In this document: in pieces, positions 61,700-64,000 of the stretch
How the letters are laid out: each line of letters starts with the position of its first letter
Numbering within the stretch: position 1 is the stretch's first letter
DNA from: Neoechinorhynchus agilis
Taxonomy: Eukaryota; Animalia; Acanthocephala
NCBI GenBank assembly: GCA_051530055.1
Contig: CM121342.1
Location: forward strand, 9,997,480-10,061,479
Direction: 5' to 3'
DNA: 64,000 bases
Position numbers and translations under genes: made by a program
The notes under the pieces: generated by a model
The model's database searches: none
Seen by the model: only the letters and a program-made list of their open reading frames with translations
Told to the model about the DNA's origin: nothing

Positions 61700-64000
61700 A
61701 CCCTAAAAGTAATTCATTATCTTCTATAAGCTGTTTATTGAGAATGCCAGGATTTAACGCAATTGCCAACGGCCCTTACGCTCCATTGAAGCAGGAAGTG
61801 AAATCTTGAACGGCTATATTTGGTTAGCATACATATGCATTTCGGGTTGACGGTAACATGATTTCTCCTCCACAAACTCCTTCGGCTCCCTACTTTGAGT
61901 AGATTATAATTTCCGCAAGTCCAGACTTTCGAATAGCCCTACTGGTCATTTGTTTGAGTAACCAAGCGTAGGCATATTCAGTTTTGGAGAAAAACCTTTT
62001 AATGTTTGCTCGGGGGAACTTCACTTCTATTTAAGAAGATTAGTAAAATCAACATGGCTGTCTCTTCAAACGTGACACTCCCCCCCCGATTACATAATCC
62101 ATCTATACATTTATATATGGACCGTTTCTTAAGATTTTTCCAATAACAGTATCATTTTTCGCCTATGGGTGATTTCATTTCGCACGCATTGCATTCTAAT
62201 GGACATATAACGATTTGTAGATCGGATCTCTTTATCGTTTGTGTGAGTGCTTTAATAAGCTTTCATGCATCGTCCTTCTGAAAGGACAGTGGAATTGAAA
62301 GTTAGGCAAGCGCACATTAATGCAGTCTTTGGTAAATTTTACGAGCCGTCTCTTAATTAAACCCAAGAGCATCCTCTGAATTTCATTGAAAATAATTCTA
62401 TTTGGCTACAACCACGACCAGGGCGCATTCTAAGGATTATCTGGCCAGTGTTTTTGACTAGGGAAATCAATTAACATAATTGGGCTTTTGAGGTCTCGGC
62501 TCACATGACCAACTGGTATTGTTGACTCTATAGAGCACCATCATAAAGAGAAGAACTTTCCAGCCTTGCACTAGAATTTAATTTTAACAGCATAAATGAA
62601 GGCATCCTCCATCAGACGTAAATCCATATTTAATGCCCATTGCGTCCCTTTGAGACCTAAACGGTTTGCCCTTCCATACTTTCCTTCACAGAAGGAAAAT
62701 ATCACAGCTTATAATGTCCTTCTTATCAGTCAAATAAAAAATTATATAATCGCTAGTATACGCCTAAACAGATCGATAGCGATCTCGACTTTTTCATATA
62801 TACACACAAAGATATTTTACTAGGCTAATATTTTTTGACGACCTGGTCTAAGTTTAAAGCAAATATTGAATGTTTGCGCAGACATAATCTTGTTATGAGA
62901 AAAGATTAAAGCCGATGGTTTCCTCGGTACATTCGAGCAAGATCATCTAGGCAATCAGTAGGAAGTGGTGAATGAAATAATGTCATTTTCCGTCTCCACC
63001 TGCTAAATAGAACGATTGACATTCTTTTTGAAAAATCTTTTTTTTCGAAAGCTAATCAGAAATATCATTTTATTTTAAAGGTCATGCCTTCTCAAATAGG
63101 ACACATCTTAAACGTGCCTTTCCTAGAATTAAGTTTACAACACTTTGGCTTAAATAATCGTTATGTGCCGACCGAGCCTTCTACTTCTCACGCTTCATTA
63201 TCTATTAGAGGGCTTAAAAGAAGCAACTTCAACAATGGGTACCGATTAAGGACAGACATTCGATATGATAAATTCTTTTAAGTGTATACAAAGCGTTATA
63301 TCCACGCTTAAGATCGCCAATGGCTCATAACGACCAGTAGTCGCCTTGAGACGAACCTGTCATTCGAAATGCTTATTTATGGAGTGGTGTCCTTCAGTGC
63401 ACTCTACAAATGTCCTTGAAGCGCCGCCCTCGCAATTAAGAGGCTCACATAATCGGCACTAAATCATAGTCAACTTATCGATCAATAGTGTCCTGATCGA
63501 ATAGAGTTTTACACATATAGACGACCACAGCCGTTGGTTAGGCGACATATAGCCGAACCGATGGCATGACTACTCCAGAGATTAGGATTCTTCGTCCGGC
63601 TGATTTTCCCCCGACGGTGACCGGAGAAAAGTTAAAAGGTAACACTTACACTTTGTGCTATCGTATTTTTGTGACAACTTTGACATGCGTCCATAGATAC
63701 ACTCGCCGGATTTGACCGCTGGCCATTATTTCGCCTCATGTCATTTTGGACTTATTTAAGCGAAAGTACTCAGTGGTGTCAGCTTACACATCTTAGTCTC
63801 CATTGTCGGATACAAACCAGGCACCAGTGATTCCAAATGCCACTAGCGAAATCAAAGCTTAAAGTCCAGCGATACCTCTCTTGATATTTTGGCGTTTCTC
63901 AATCGCTATCTCTCCCACCATTGTACACAAAAATCTTTGATAACTTTTCAGATGCGATGAACACCTTAATATTTCTGCCAACTACCCTACTCATGATTAC
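61700..64000 (-). mobile_element. Possible highly decayed LTR-retrotransposon pol remnant
   Basis: Only weak broken motifs (DFASGIWN; AIGDLKRG; RLVKFTKDC) and higher GC. Confidence 0.3.

Noticed and set aside
1-64000. Stop-codon reassignment (alternative genetic code), suggested by scattered single in-frame TAA/TAG/TGA
   Set aside because: All long conserved ORFs (IF, PK, MED27, furin-like, GIPC, FHL, gag) are stop-free and end in ordinary stops. The gene breaks are frame changes rather than in-frame stops, and the isolated stops lie in decayed or unidentified sequence.

Overview
This is AT-rich eukaryotic DNA from a compact animal genome. It is most likely a protostome invertebrate, judged from a cytoplasmic intermediate-filament gene with the KWG linker and a lamin-tail domain but no NLS or CaaX. 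The species cannot be identified from sequence alone. About 14 recognisable protein genes are present: RAD17, a 4.5-LIM FHL-type gene, a class II bHLH, LAMTOR3, a mitochondrial release factor, two near-identical TSPO-like copies, a kexin/furin-like protease, an IF protein, a two-PLAT-domain protein, Josephin, MED27, DAXX-like, pyruvate kinase and GIPC. They are interspersed with Penelope-like and Ty3/Gypsy retroelements, palindromic MITEs and four tandem arrays (241, 195, 370 and 306 bp units). Most introns are short (about 45-60 nt) canonical GT-AG and the standard code works for all long ORFs. The most striking observation is that several conserved genes (Josephin twice, release factor, furin-like, and more weakly RAD17 and DAXX) are broken by 40-90 nt frame-disrupting segments. 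These segments fold into hairpins, are bracketed by short in-frame direct repeats and lack in-register GT-AG ends, yet their exact removal restores the family motif. This suggests a non-canonical hairpin-intron (introner-like) or precise-excision system. All alignments were made by eye against remembered family sequences and need RNA-level confirmation.
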